This document shows positions 12,586 through 22,977 of a stretch of DNA of 48,430 nt, in pieces. Below the pieces are notes generated by a model that was not told the DNA's origin, made no database searches, and was given only the letters and a program-made list of their open reading frames with translations. The stretch comes from a virus. Lineage: Duplodnaviria; Heunggongvirae; Uroviricota; Caudoviricetes. A program made the translations under genes and the position numbers. Location of the stretch: IMG/VR virus record IMGVR_UViG_3300042474_001151, positions 1 to 48,430 of that record; one strand, 5' to 3'. The stretch's first letter is position 1, and each line of letters begins with the position of its first letter.

Positions 12586-13512
12586 ATGGCAGTAGGAAGT
12601 TATGGTATAGTAAGACCCGCAGATGTATCACCAGAAGATGTTGAGATTTTATATCATTATACTTCTGGTAGAACAACCACAGCACCAATTACCTTGACAA
12701 GATTAAATGCTGAGGACGTTTTAACACCGGTATATCATAATCAGAATACTGTTGACGATTCTAATGTACAAGGAAATGAAATCTTGGGAGGTTTATACAA
12801 TTTGAAGTTAACATCTGAAAAATTCTCAGAACTTGGTGTTTACACATTACATCTTAGACCAAAACAAATTAGAACATCAATTACAGATTGTGGAGTCTTA
12901 GCGTCATTACCATCTGTAAGGGGTTTAGTTATTGATTTAAATAACGTACCTGCTGCATATAGAAATAGATTTACACCACAAGGTTTAGTTGGATATAGAA
13001 TTGAGTATATTAATACAAATGGTACTTTTCAAAAAATACCAAACTTTTATAGAGTTGTTACATCTTCATTTTATTGTCAACCAATAGTGTCAAATTTGTC
13101 TAATTCAACGGATAAAGCAATACGATACCAATATACAGACCAAACATCAAATTTGGTTTTTTTAACAATAACACCATCGTCATCACCATCAAGTAGACCA
13201 AATGTGGTTCCATTTATTGGACAGCCAGGACAAAATATTATTTTAACAAATACATTTTTTAACCCAACTACACTTGAAATAGAAATGGTAGAACATGATG
13301 CAAGTACATTGGCTCATGCTCTTTACGGTAATCAAACGAAGGCGATTACTCCGGGTATCTACACCATCTATGATAATAATAACAATAACGCAATATACAA
13401 ACAATATAACTTGTTTGAAGTTAAAGACGAATTCAATGAAACAATGTATGAGGTTAGAGAAGAGAGAGAAATCATTGATGAAAGTTTAGACTTTGACAAC
13501 ATTACCGAATAA
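12586..13512 (+). CDS. Putative baseplate structural protein (308 aa)
   Basis: TATTTATA upstream; stop overlaps the start of the next gene (TAATG coupling). Confidence 0.6.
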   Translation: MAVGSYGIVRPADVSPEDVEILYHYTSGRTTTAPITLTRLNAEDVLTPVYHNQNTVDDSNVQGNEILGGLYNLKLTSEKFSELGVYTLHLRPKQIRTSITDCGVLASLPSVRGLVIDLNNVPAAYRNRFTPQGLVGYRIEYINTNGTFQKIPNFYRVVTSSFYCQPIVSNLSNSTDKAIRYQYTDQTSNLVFLTITPSSSPSSRPNVVPFIGQPGQNIILTNTFFNPTTLEIEMVEHDASTLAHALYGNQTKAITPGIYTIYDNNNNNAIYKQYNLFEVKDEFNETMYEVREEREIIDESLDFDNITE

Positions 13513-16500
13513 TGGCAAAATTTACAAAGGTACCAAGCCAAGCGGCGAATGGATTACAAACGTTTAGTGATAGTTTAGTCGGTGTACAAATTACCGACGG
13601 TAGCAGTCAATTAACCAATACCAATTTTGCGTTAGATAAAATTATCCCACAAAGAGATAGTAAAAATTTTAAAACGTCACCATTTTCGGATTTCTTAACG
13701 TTAGATTCATTAAAAGAAGAGACAACTGCAGTAACTACACAAGACGGTGTTGCAGAGAAAAAAGAAAGTATTAAATTCAAAGGTAGTACTGACGATGCCG
13801 GTAAATCTTTATTCGGTTCATTAAAACAAAGATTAAACGTATCAATATCAAGAATTGTAAAAAAGTTTCCGGCAGCTCTTTATGTTGATGGTACAATACC
13901 TGTTAGAATTTCAGATTATACTGCACAGAACATCACATACGATACAATATCAAAAACAACACAGTTTGAGATAGAAAAATCAAGTTTATATAATCCATTT
14001 GATATTGTTATTAACGAACCACAAAGTTTAACGATTAGTGAGACAAGTAACAATTTTAGAAATTTTTATTCCACATATAAAAAATACGTTGTAGATTATA
14101 GTGGAACAACTTATGATATTTTATCATATTCTGAACCAACAAGTACCACAAATATTATTTTAAAAGTTTCAGGTAATCCATTTGGTGTACTTACAGGAAC
14201 TACAGATAGTTTTTTAATTAGACCCAATAATGGGGTAACTGAAGAGTTCTTTAATAATTTAGATGACTTAGAAGAACTTTTACTTAATAGAGAAACCAAT
14301 CCAAAATACGAGGCAAGTTTTAAAGTACCAAGAGATAGTTCTGATGGAGGAACAACAGATATTATTACTGTTGAAGTTAATTGGCCGTTAGCGTTAGATG
14401 GATGGAACTTACAAACTGTAGGTTTAGATTTTGATGATTATATTTCAAAATTAAGTGATTTAGCTGACGAGATAGATGATTATAAATCTAACTTAGTTGT
14501 TAGATTTTTAGCAGCACCACAGTTATTTGAATTCGACACAAATGACAAAAAGGGAGAAACAATATTTCAATTATATGGACAAAGTTTTGATAGGGTAAAG
14601 AAATATATTGATAACATCGCTAACATGAGAAATGTTACATATGATGGTATTAATAACGTTCCAGATTTACTATTAAAAAACTTATCAGATAATTTAGGGT
14701 TAGATTCACATAATTTATTTAACGAACAAAATATAGAAGATACTTTATACACAAGACAAGATAGTGTATATGGTGGACAGTCAATTGGTAAAAACTTAAT
14801 TGAATCTGAACATGAATTTTATAGAAGATTATTAGTTAATCTATCACACATTTATAAATCAAAAGGTACAAGGAACTCAATCGAATTCTTTTTAAGATTT
14901 TTAGGAGCACCAGAACCAATGATTAAAATAAACGAGTATGTTTATAAAGTAAAATCTAAATTAAATGATAACGTACAAAGTGACGTTTATAATTTAATAC
15001 AAGGTACAAAAACCGAATATGTTATTACTGGTTATACAGGTAGTGAGTTTAATGGAGGTACAATAACAGGTACAACTAATTTAACTAGAGATGAATATCC
15101 GGTTGATACCGATGGACTACCTAGAAAAATAACAAATGTAAAAGATGATATTTTTTTCCAAAAGGGTTCAGGTTGGTATGATTTAACATTAAGTCATAGG
15201 TCTTCAGATGTTTTAGACGAAAGTACATCTAGTGGTACAACCATCAATGGAGTTTTCCAATTAACAGGAAGAACTAAAACTATAAAAACTAAATCTAAAG
15301 ATTATACATACGGTGAGGATTATTTTAATTATTTTAGGACATTACCTGGATTAGAGTATGGTTTTGAATTAGAACCTAAAATTGACAATTTAAAAATAAG
15401 TGTTAGTGATGATGAATACGATTCTAAATTAATTCTTAATAGAAAGAATATTGGAGTTTATTTATCTTCCGCACAATGTATTGAATATGATATCTATAGA
15501 CAATCAAGAAATTTAGAAATATCAATCGGAGGAGTTACACCACAATATACGTCAGGTGTTACATTCGAAGAATTTACTAAAGAAGTTTTAAATGGTTTTA
15601 TTTCTACAAGTGAATCAAAATATAATAAATCATATTTTACATTAGAACAGGTTTATAACGAATATGTGACAAATACAAATTTTGTTCCTTATAATGATGT
15701 TGATTTAAATGCGTTCATAACTAAAATGAGTCCTAATTGGATGAAAATTATTGAACAATTTATTCCAGCAACAACTTTATGGACGGGAGGAAATTTAACC
15801 GAGAACAATTTATTTAATAGATCAAAACACACATACCTTAGACCGAGATATGGTACCCCAAATGATAATAATACCACGGAAGATAGGAACCTTATAGATT
15901 TTCAATGTTATAAATTACCACCATTAACTCCAACTCCAACTCCAACACAAACAAAAACCCAAACACCTACACCAACCCCAACTAAAACAGTGACCCCAAC
16001 ACCAACGGTTACGGTTACGGTTACCCCTACTGTAACACCATCTATAACACCAACTAACACAGTCACGCCAACAAATACTGTTACGCCGACAGAGACTCCT
16101 ACGCAAACGCCAACAAATACCATTACACCAACTGTTACACCAACAAATACTGTTACACCAACAGAGACACCTACCCAAACGCCAACGAATACTGTTACAC
16201 CAACGGCAAGTATTACACCAACGAATACTGTTACACCAACGGCAAGTATTACACCAACGAATACTGTTACAGCGAGTACTACACCTACTAATACGGTAAC
16301 ACCAACAACAACATCAACACCAGCATCAACACCTGAAGCAACCGTATCAGTTACACCAACTAGTACTCCTGCGGCTACTGTAATGGAAACCCCAACTCCA
16401 ACACCAACCCCAACACCTGAAAGTTTTTATTACTATTCTATAAGACAATATAATTGTTCTGATAGTTGTTCCGTTGTTGGGTCTGATTTAGTTGGAAGAT

Positions 16501-17057
16501 CAAGCGTATCCTTATCGGTGATTGATGGGTTATTTTATAAAATAACTGGTCAAAGTAATGTTTTCCAAATTCAAACTCAAATAACACCAGCCCCAATGTC
16601 GTATGACATTAACTTAAGTAATATTATATCATCTGATGTAAATTGTGCTGTGGCTTGTGGATCTACACCTACATCAACACCAACACCAACAATCACTCCA
16701 ACACCAACAGGTAATCCATATTGTTATACAATAGAAAGTGTACAAAGTGCCCCTGGTGAATGTTTCGATTGTTCTGGATTCTTTGCAAGTACAACTGATA
16801 CGTTTATAGAGTTTTTAGATGGTTGTAGTGGAAGTACAATACCAGCTCCATTTGATATTAATGTAATAGCACATTATAGTGATAGTTCAACAGGAACTAC
16901 ATTTATATCTGGTGGAACTGTTGGTAATGTAATTATTGCTACAAGTGATATACAGTGTATATCAGCACCTACATGTGGTGAAAATGCAAGTCCAACATTT
17001 GACTACGCTGATGTGATACCTGTGGTGGGAAGTATTAGTGAATGTTGTACACCTTAA
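13512..17057 (+). CDS. Baseplate wedge-like protein (P2 gpI-like motif) with long C-terminal Pro-Thr tract and Cys-rich tail
   Basis: [10 protein letters not shown]...[20 protein letters not shown] matches the YKxKGT..I...L..LG pattern of contractile-tail wedge proteins; PT tract at about 15920-16420. Confidence 0.7.
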   Translation: MAKFTKVPSQAANGLQTFSDSLVGVQITDGSSQLTNTNFALDKIIPQRDSKNFKTSPFSDFLTLDSLKEETTAVTTQDGVAEKKESIKFKGSTDDAGKSLFGSLKQRLNVSISRIVKKFPAALYVDGTIPVRISDYTAQNITYDTISKTTQFEIEKSSLYNPFDIVINEPQSLTISETSNNFRNFYSTYKKYVVDYSGTTYDILSYSEPTSTTNIILKVSGNPFGVLTGTTDSFLIRPNNGVTEEFFNNLDDLEELLLNRETNPKYEASFKVPRDSSDGGTTDIITVEVNWPLALDGWNLQTVGLDFDDYISKLSDLADEIDDYKSNLVVRFLAAPQLFEFDTNDKKGETIFQLYGQSFDRVKKYIDNIANMRNVTYDGINNVPDLLLKNLSDNLGLDSHNLFNEQNIEDTLYTRQDSVYGGQSIGKNLIESEHEFYRRLLVNLSHIYKSKGTRNSIEFFLRFLGAPEPMIKINEYVYKVKSKLNDNVQSDVYNLIQGTKTEYVITGYTGSEFNGGTITGTTNLTRDEYPVDTDGLPRKITNVKDDIFFQKGSGWYDLTLSHRSSDVLDESTSSGTTINGVFQLTGRTKTIKTKSKDYTYGEDYFNYFRTLPGLEYGFELEPKIDNLKISVSDDEYDSKLILNRKNIGVYLSSAQCIEYDIYRQSRNLEISIGGVTPQYTSGVTFEEFTKEVLNGFISTSESKYNKSYFTLEQVYNEYVTNTNFVPYNDVDLNAFITKMSPNWMKIIEQFIPATTLWTGGNLTENNLFNRSKHTYLRPRYGTPNDNNTTEDRNLIDFQCYKLPPLTPTPTPTQTKTQTPTPTPTKTVTPTPTVTVTVTPTVTPSITPTNTVTPTNTVTPTETPTQTPTNTITPTVTPTNTVTPTETPTQTPTNTVTPTASITPTNTVTPTASITPTNTVTASTTPTNTVTPTTTSTPASTPEATVSVTPTSTPAATVMETPTPTPTPTPESFYYYSIRQYNCSDSCSVVGSDLVGRSSVSLSVIDGLFYKITGQSNVFQIQTQITPAPMSYDINLSNIISSDVNCAVACGSTPTSTPTPTITPTPTGNPYCYTIESVQSAPGECFDCSGFFASTTDTFIEFLDGCSGSTIPAPFDINVIAHYSDSSTGTTFISGGTVGNVIIATSDIQCISAPTCGENASPTFDYADVIPVVGSISECCTP
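15920..16420 (+). repeat. Mucin-like Pro-Thr coding tract ([12 protein letters not shown] units, including a 36-nt exact duplication near 16186-16270)
   Basis: Read directly from the sequence. Confidence 0.9.
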
Positions 17058-17080
17058 TAATTAAAATAGAAAAAAAATAA

Positions 17081-17088
17081 TATTTATA
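17081..17088 (+). promoter_or_regulatory. TATTTATA late-type promoter motif
   Basis: 4 nt before ATG 17093. Confidence 0.65.
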
Positions 17089-17092
17089 AAAT

Positions 17093-18682
17093 ATGAGCTT
17101 CTTAAATACAGGGTTTACACCCACAGTTTCAGCAAGATTAACTAAGGCAGGTAGAAATGCAATTGCAAAAGGTGATTTTTTAATTAGTTACTTTTCTATA
17201 GGTGACTCAGAATACAATTATAACCCAGATATAAGTGGTCTTACAAGTCAACGAGTTTTTGCTCCATTTGATAAAAATACACACGTTAAGTACCCATTTT
17301 TATATTCTGCAACAGGTTCTACAATTTATGGTATTCCCGTTGAAAGTCCCGATGATGAAAACCAACCATGTAGAAATGTGATGGAGGCAAATAGTGGATG
17401 GACATTAAACACAGTTTGGGAAAATAAACCATTAGGTATTAATGATTCAATCGCATTAAAAGACTACCAAAGTAATGTTTATAGTGGTGTTAAAAGTTAT
17501 TTAGGATATACATCATCCTCAGGTCAAACTTTTATTAACTATTCAGGAGGAACAATAACAGGTACAACAATAAGAAACACAATGTTGGAAGAGGTTGAAA
17601 TATTACCTGAAGAACAAAATTCAATTGCAATTTTACATTATTCAGAAAGTGGCACAACTGCGGACCCATATAAGTTTTTTAAATATGATGATTACATTAG
17701 TAACCATAGTGGTACCACAACACCTAATGCTATTACCGATATAGATTATTTTGAAGTTTCAATGTCAAATTTAATGTATCATAGATTGGGTGACGCAACT
17801 ACCGGTACGACATTCCATATGAGTACGGGAAAAACAAAATCAGTAACAAGTGAATATAATTCAGACTTCCAACTTGATTATGTTGATTTATTAGACGTTA
17901 ATGAATATAGTGTCGGTAAAATTTTCTTTAATCAAAAAATTATAGTATTTGATGACCAAGAAATTGTTGCGGTTTTAGATACAGGTTCTACCAGAAATTA
18001 TACACTTACAGCACCAAAAGTTAGTTCATACATAACAAATGCAGACCCAATTGTTGATTTAACAACTGGCAAGACTCTTTGGGTAACATATGTTTTAAGC
18101 GGAGGTACAGTGTCAGGAGATTTACCTTGTAGTTATTTTATGAAAGTAACGGGTACAACTAATGATGAGAATGTTACTGTTAAATTTAATAGTGGTGAAT
18201 TTAAACATTTAAATAGTGGTTATACTGCAACAGAATTTCATATACTACATCAATTTACAGATAATGGAGAACAACCGGACCCTAATCAATGGTATAGTAA
18301 AAATTATACGAGTGAATTATCAAGTATAAATGATTTAAAAAATGGATTTACATTTACATTGAATGAAACTAAAATAAACGATGCTGAAAGTAGACCTCCT
18401 TATGTCTCTTCTTTAACTAATTTTGGAAAAGAAAGAACATATACGGAAGGAACCGTAAGTACTGTAATTGGGACGGATGTTCAAGTAATGAATTTCGTTA
18501 TTAATTTACCCGATGGTAAATTTACAGATTCACAAAACCCAACATATGTTTCAGGTACAAAATATATTACAGAAATTGCTCTATTAAATTCAAATAAAGA
18601 AACAATGGTTGTGGGTAAATTTAGTGCTCCGAGAGCAAGAACAACATCCGTTGATGTCTTTTCTGTAAAACTTGATTTCTAA
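17093..18682 (+). CDS. Baseplate/tail-collar (fibre-attachment)-like protein (529 aa)
   Basis: N-terminal ARLTKAGRNAIA..FSIGDSE and C-terminal YITEIALLN...VVGK...FSVKLDF resemble the two halves of collar/fibre-attachment domains. Confidence 0.6.
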   Translation: MSFLNTGFTPTVSARLTKAGRNAIAKGDFLISYFSIGDSEYNYNPDISGLTSQRVFAPFDKNTHVKYPFLYSATGSTIYGIPVESPDDENQPCRNVMEANSGWTLNTVWENKPLGINDSIALKDYQSNVYSGVKSYLGYTSSSGQTFINYSGGTITGTTIRNTMLEEVEILPEEQNSIAILHYSESGTTADPYKFFKYDDYISNHSGTTTPNAITDIDYFEVSMSNLMYHRLGDATTGTTFHMSTGKTKSVTSEYNSDFQLDYVDLLDVNEYSVGKIFFNQKIIVFDDQEIVAVLDTGSTRNYTLTAPKVSSYITNADPIVDLTTGKTLWVTYVLSGGTVSGDLPCSYFMKVTGTTNDENVTVKFNSGEFKHLNSGYTATEFHILHQFTDNGEQPDPNQWYSKNYTSELSSINDLKNGFTFTLNETKINDAESRPPYVSSLTNFGKERTYTEGTVSTVIGTDVQVMNFVINLPDGKFTDSQNPTYVSGTKYITEIALLNSNKETMVVGKFSAPRARTTSVDVFSVKLDF

Positions 18683-18721
18683 GGCTTTACATTTCTAAAA
18701 ATATTCATTATATATTGTTAT

Positions 18722-19339
18722 ATGAGTATAGATGTAAAATTAAAAAACAAGCCAAAAATCTTAGGACTCGATATTTCGACCAAGACAATTGGGTGGGCAC
18801 TGTTCGATATGACAGGGTCTAAATTATTAGAATTAACACATTTTTCCCCAAAAATTAAACCTCAACCTGAAGACAAGATTGAAGAATTAATCTTAAAGGC
18901 GGAAGCGTTTAAAAAACATTTATTAGGATATAAAGATGTTGGTATTACCCGTGTCATAATTGAGGAACCATTATTACAATCGAATAATGTGTATACAATT
19001 GGAACCTTATTGAGATATAACACATTGATTCTCAAGTCGTGTTACGATGTTTTGGGAATTTTACCAACATTTATTTCGACATATAATTCAAGAAAATTTG
19101 CGTTCCCCGATTTAGTTGGGGCAAATGACAAAGGTCGTAATGTTTTATTTGGTGGTTACCCAAGAGACATAGATAAGAAACATGTAATTTGGGAACATGT
19201 AAATGCAGTATGTCCTGATGTTAATTGGTTATATGGTAAAACAGGTAATCTTAAAAAAGAAAATTACGATATGGCTGATGCCGCAACTTGTGTGATTGGT
19301 TATGTTAACATGAATAGATTAGAAAAATCCGGCAACTAA
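18722..19339 (+). CDS. ruvC: RuvC-like Holliday junction resolvase
   Basis: ILGLDISTKTIGWA, IIEE and DMADA are the RNase H-fold acidic catalytic motifs. Confidence 0.82.
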   Translation: MSIDVKLKNKPKILGLDISTKTIGWALFDMTGSKLLELTHFSPKIKPQPEDKIEELILKAEAFKKHLLGYKDVGITRVIIEEPLLQSNNVYTIGTLLRYNTLILKSCYDVLGILPTFISTYNSRKFAFPDLVGANDKGRNVLFGGYPRDIDKKHVIWEHVNAVCPDVNWLYGKTGNLKKENYDMADAATCVIGYVNMNRLEKSGN

Positions 19340-19367
19340 CATTTTACTTTACGGTTTGTTTATCATA

Positions 19368-19375
19368 TATTTATA
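19368..19375 (+). promoter_or_regulatory. TATTTATA late-type promoter motif (upstream of the candidate sRNA)
   Basis: Intergenic; followed by hairpins rather than an ORF. Confidence 0.55.
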
Positions 19376-19377
19376 AA

Positions 19378-19450
19378 AGAAGACGGGAAGTGTAGAAATA
19401 CACTTTTGGTTGGTTTCCCTCGGAGGTGGTGTTCCGGGGGATTTTTTTTT
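19378..19450 (+). ncRNA. Candidate small RNA (about 70 nt): GAAA-tetraloop hairpin, U/G-rich linker, terminator hairpin and U9
   Basis: TATTTATA at 19368-19375; AAGTGTA-GAAA-TACACTT at 19388-19405; TCCCTCGGA/TCCGGGGGA stem at 19416-19441 followed by T9; 32 of 60 bases G+C in 19381-19440. Confidence 0.55.
19416..19450 (+). terminator. Rho-independent terminator
   Basis: 9-10 bp GC-rich stem with G-U pairs, followed by nine T. Confidence 0.8.
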
Positions 19451-19479
19451 ATCATTTTTTTTACATATATTTCTACAGT

Positions 19480-20424
19480 ATGGTAAATCAAGAAGTTGAC
19501 TATTCTCCTGTTATTGAAATTCTCGAAGATATTTTGGGCGATTGTAACATGCACAACGACTATAAAGGACAGATGTCTTTTGATTGTCCTGTGTGTTCAT
19601 ATGATTTAAAAGGATTAGATCACGGTGATGGAAAAGGAAACTTAGAGGTTAACTACAAATACAATGTTTTTAAATGTTGGGTGTGTGCGGAATCACATGA
19701 AACTCACGGATCAATTTATAAATTGGTTAAAAAATTCGGTAACCCAAAACAACTAAAAAATTATCTTTTATTAAAACCAGATGAAGGTGAAGATTTCAGC
19801 AAACGTGTTTATAAGACAGTAAAACTACCCCAAGACTTTATACCATTCAAAGAAGCAAGTACGGGTCTTAAAATGACACCATATTATAAACAAGCATACA
19901 ATTACATAAAAAGTAGGAACATAACAGACTTAATGGTACAGATGTATAACATTGGTTTTTGTTATAGAGGAATCTACGAAAATAGAATTATTATTCCATC
20001 ATACGATTGTGAAAGAAGAATTAATTATTTTATTGCACGTTCTTATTTGAATAGAACCAAAATGAAATATAAGAATCCTGAAGCGCAAAAAGAACTCATT
20101 ATATTCAATGAGTATTTGGTCAATTGGGATGAAACAATATACATTGTGGAAGGGGCGTTTGATAGTATATTCATACCTAACGCAATTCCATTGTTGGGAA
20201 AATTCATGAGCGACCATTTATTTAACACTCTTTATGAAAGGGCAAAAGGTAAAATTGTAATTGTGTTAGATCCAGATGCTTGGAATGATGCCGAAAGATT
20301 ATATCATAAATTAAATTGTGGTAAATTGATGGGTCGGGTTTTTGCAATTAAATTAGAAGGTGATAAAGATATTGCCGACCTACAAGGAAAATTAGACGAT
20401 TATAAAATAAAACAATTAGATTAA
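19480..20424 (+). CDS. dnaG: DNA primase (Zn-binding domain + TOPRIM)
   Basis: CPVC...CWVC zinc finger; RIIIP, KYKN, VEGAFD, LDPDA, DIAD. The start is moved to ATG 19480 because the track's GTG at 19426 lies inside the terminator hairpin. Confidence 0.88.
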   Translation: MVNQEVDYSPVIEILEDILGDCNMHNDYKGQMSFDCPVCSYDLKGLDHGDGKGNLEVNYKYNVFKCWVCAESHETHGSIYKLVKKFGNPKQLKNYLLLKPDEGEDFSKRVYKTVKLPQDFIPFKEASTGLKMTPYYKQAYNYIKSRNITDLMVQMYNIGFCYRGIYENRIIIPSYDCERRINYFIARSYLNRTKMKYKNPEAQKELIIFNEYLVNWDETIYIVEGAFDSIFIPNAIPLLGKFMSDHLFNTLYERAKGKIVIVLDPDAWNDAERLYHKLNCGKLMGRVFAIKLEGDKDIADLQGKLDDYKIKQLD

Positions 20425-21284
20425 TGAATTTACAAGACATCTCGTTAGAGATTAAAGACTTATTAGAAAAGAAAAGACAAGAATTAGAATTAACATTCAT
20501 AGAAGAACAACACATCTATCACATGAAAGATGTTGATGGTGTTGTTAAAAAGAATTTTCCTTCAGTTTCTAAAATTATAAAGAAGTTTCACAAACCATTT
20601 GATGCAGAAGGAATGGCGTTGAGGATGTCTAAGGGAGACCCTGAAGGGCAAGCACAATTGCTTGCGGAATGGAAACAAGCTGGTGACTTATCAACTAATA
20701 TGGGTAGCCGTGTCCATTTTGAATTGGAATCTGATTTGATTAATAGATTTGATAACTATAAAGAAGTTAGACAACCAATTTTTGAAATTAACGAAGAACA
20801 ACAACGTAAGAGTGATAATATGATTATTGCGGGAAAACAATTTCTTGACTTAATGTTAGAGAGAGGTGGTGTATTATTAGATACTGAAATTATATTAGGT
20901 GACCCTGAAGAACAATATACAGGACAACCAGATAAAGTATGGTTAATGCAAAATAAAGAAAAAGATGGTTTTGGTTTTGTTATTACCGATTGGAAAACAA
21001 ACCAACCTAAGAACTTTGAAGTACATCATTATACGGGTAAATTATACCCACCATTCAACAACTACCACGATAACGCTTTAGGTCATTATTTTTTACAACT
21101 TCCTTTATATGGTAGATTGTTACGTAAAATGTTAAAAGAAACAAAATACAATGATATTAAATTGTTGGGTAACGTGGTTGTTTTATTAAAAGATGATGCA
21201 ACATTTGTAGAATATAAAGTACCTCCCCAAATTAACAACGCAATCCTTACAATGGATTTATCAAACTATATTAAAAGATGGTAA
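20424..21284 (+). CDS. PD-(D/E)XK (RecB/Cas4-like) exonuclease
   Basis: SVSKII, GSRVH, TE, GQPD, DWKT and QLxLY motifs. Confidence 0.82.
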   Translation: MNLQDISLEIKDLLEKKRQELELTFIEEQHIYHMKDVDGVVKKNFPSVSKIIKKFHKPFDAEGMALRMSKGDPEGQAQLLAEWKQAGDLSTNMGSRVHFELESDLINRFDNYKEVRQPIFEINEEQQRKSDNMIIAGKQFLDLMLERGGVLLDTEIILGDPEEQYTGQPDKVWLMQNKEKDGFGFVITDWKTNQPKNFEVHHYTGKLYPPFNNYHDNALGHYFLQLPLYGRLLRKMLKETKYNDIKLLGNVVVLLKDDATFVEYKVPPQINNAILTMDLSNYIKRW

Positions 21285-22102
21285 AGAAAATCATACACAT
21301 TGCTGATTTACATATTCGTACAATTCAAATGCACGATTTATATAAGAATCAATTTGAAAAACTGTTGGATGAATTAAGTGTAAAATTTTTAGAATGGGCG
21401 GATGAAAATATATCACATAACGAAATTAGAATTGTTATCGCGGGTGATATCGCACATCAAAAAATTAATATCTCAAATGAACAATTATTATTAACGAGTT
21501 GGTTTTTAAAAGAGTTAACTCGTTTTGGTAAGGTTGTAATCATACCGGGTAATCACGATTTCTTGGAGAATAATACACAACGTATGGATAGTATAACACC
21601 AGTCGTTCAATTATTAGACAATCAACACATCACATACCTAAAAGATAGTGGTGATTATGTTGATACCGATGGTAGCGTTCAGTGGGTTGTTTATTCATTA
21701 TATCAACACAACGTAAGACCTGAATTTACAAAACAAGAAGGTTTATTAACGGTTGGACTGTTCCATGGACCGATTATGGGTTTATCAACTGACTTAGGTT
21801 ATGAGTTTGAGGATGCATATGACCAATTAAACTTTGTTGATTTGGATTTATTATTATGTGGAGATATCCACAAGAGACAACAATTTACATTACCAAATGG
21901 CGGTAAAGCAATAATGGTAGGTAGTTTAATTCAACAAAATTTTGGTGAAACGGTTAAACATCACGGATACGGTATATACGATGTTACTACTGATGAGTAC
22001 ACATTTCACGATTTACCAAACGAACAACCATTCCTACATTTCACCATATCAGACATAAAAGACATTGAAAATGGAGAAGAAGCACACGTTAACCTTGGAT
22101 AA
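21278..22102 (+). CDS. sbcD: SbcD/Mre11-like metallophosphoesterase nuclease (nuclease domain only)
   Basis: HIADLH, GDIAH, GNHD, FHG, GDIHK and GSLIQQNFGE motifs. Confidence 0.9.
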   Translation: MVKKIIHIADLHIRTIQMHDLYKNQFEKLLDELSVKFLEWADENISHNEIRIVIAGDIAHQKINISNEQLLLTSWFLKELTRFGKVVIIPGNHDFLENNTQRMDSITPVVQLLDNQHITYLKDSGDYVDTDGSVQWVVYSLYQHNVRPEFTKQEGLLTVGLFHGPIMGLSTDLGYEFEDAYDQLNFVDLDLLLCGDIHKRQQFTLPNGGKAIMVGSLIQQNFGETVKHHGYGIYDVTTDEYTFHDLPNEQPFLHFTISDIKDIENGEEAHVNLG

Positions 22103-22616
22103 AGAATTTCTTCTTTATTGTGAGTTAAATAATATAAAAGACATTAATAAAATTGCAAATGAAACCTTCAATAAAGGATTTTCCTTGTTGAAGTATGGGG
22201 AAACACCATTTGGAAATTCAACAGAAAAAGAAAAAATAGTTGAAGTTATTAAGGAGGTGATGGTTGAAAAGATAGTTGAAATAATAAAAGAAGTTCCTGT
22301 CGAGAAAATTGTTGAGGTTATTAGAGAAGTACCAATTGAAAAAATAGTAGAGGTTATTAAAGAAGTACCCATAGAAGTAAAGGGGGACACACAAATTATT
22401 ACTAATGAAGTTATAAAAGAAGTCCCTATTGAAATAATCAAAGAAGTTATTGTTGAGGTACCATTAAAAATTGTAGACACAAAAGAGGTTGATAGATTAA
22501 GTGAAGAAAACATAAAATTAAAAGAAGAATTAGAAAAATTAACAAACGCATTAAATAAATTCAATAAGGGTTCTTTTATGAAGAATAGTGATTTGAATAG
22601 TTTATATGATGAATAG
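22065..22616 (+). CDS. Protein with (EKIVEVIKEVP[V/I]) repeats and a C-terminal coiled coil
   Basis: About six 11-12 aa EVPV/EKIV repeats at about 22230-22465. Confidence 0.75.
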   Translation: MKMEKKHTLTLDKEFLLYCELNNIKDINKIANETFNKGFSLLKYGETPFGNSTEKEKIVEVIKEVMVEKIVEIIKEVPVEKIVEVIREVPIEKIVEVIKEVPIEVKGDTQIITNEVIKEVPIEIIKEVIVEVPLKIVDTKEVDRLSEENIKLKEELEKLTNALNKFNKGSFMKNSDLNSLYDE

Positions 22617-22648
22617 TTTGTTTTTAACAATAATTTTTCTTATATTAA
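22617..22648 (+). promoter_or_regulatory. Bacteroidota-type promoter TTTG-N20-TATATTAA
   Basis: Upstream of ATG 22665. Confidence 0.5.
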
Positions 22649-22664
22649 CTAAAATATATAAAAC

Positions 22665-22976
22665 ATGGGAACATTATTATTATGGGCATTTATGGCCTAC
22701 GGAATGACGAGTATACTTGTTTGGGGAGCAATTTTTGAAAACCAACGTATATGGATAAAAGCACACTCAAAGTTTTTTGGTGACTTAATAAGTTGTACAT
22801 TGTGTACATCGACTTGGGTTGGATTTTTTATGTCACTAATTTTAGGTAGTATTACCACAAGATTTTTTGATACCTTTTGGATTATCAATTTATTCTTTGA
22901 TGGTATGTTTACCGCGGGAGCTGTTTGGGCAATAAACGCAATCGTTGAATTTTTTGAGGAAAGTAGAATTAAGTAA
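22665..22976 (+). CDS. Small membrane protein, DUF1360-like (CxxC)
   Basis: Three hydrophobic segments; LISCTLCTSTWVG. Confidence 0.6.
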   Translation: MGTLLLWAFMAYGMTSILVWGAIFENQRIWIKAHSKFFGDLISCTLCTSTWVGFFMSLILGSITTRFFDTFWIINLFFDGMFTAGAVWAINAIVEFFEESRIK

Positions 22977-22977
22977 T

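Noticed and set aside
15908-16178. Minus-strand ORFs over PT tracts (also 2275-2505) and other antisense or nested ORFs in the track (e.g. 8557-8856, 22115-22630, 30986-31456, 43411-44361, 47638-48129)
   Set aside because: These are shadows of repetitive or biased plus-strand genes. They have no start context and lie inside better-supported CDSs.
1-18682. Eukaryotic giant virus origin suggested by Cys-rich, mucin-like proteins
   Set aside because: Sigma70, NusG, ClpP, bacterial terminators, coupled operons and contractile-tail motifs indicate a bacteriophage.
19381-19445. tRNA in the GC-rich intergenic segment
   Set aside because: No cloverleaf, acceptor stem or properly placed T-loop. Only two separate hairpins are present.
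19426-19479. Track's GTG start for the primase
   Set aside because: It lies within the terminator hairpin and poly-T and encodes an implausible FFYHFFYIYF stretch. ATG 19480 is preferred.
20424-21284. Cas4-like nuclease as evidence of CRISPR-Cas
   Set aside because: It lacks the Fe-S cysteines and has no cas1/cas2 or array nearby. It sits in a replication operon, as is common for phage PD-(D/E)XK exonucleases.
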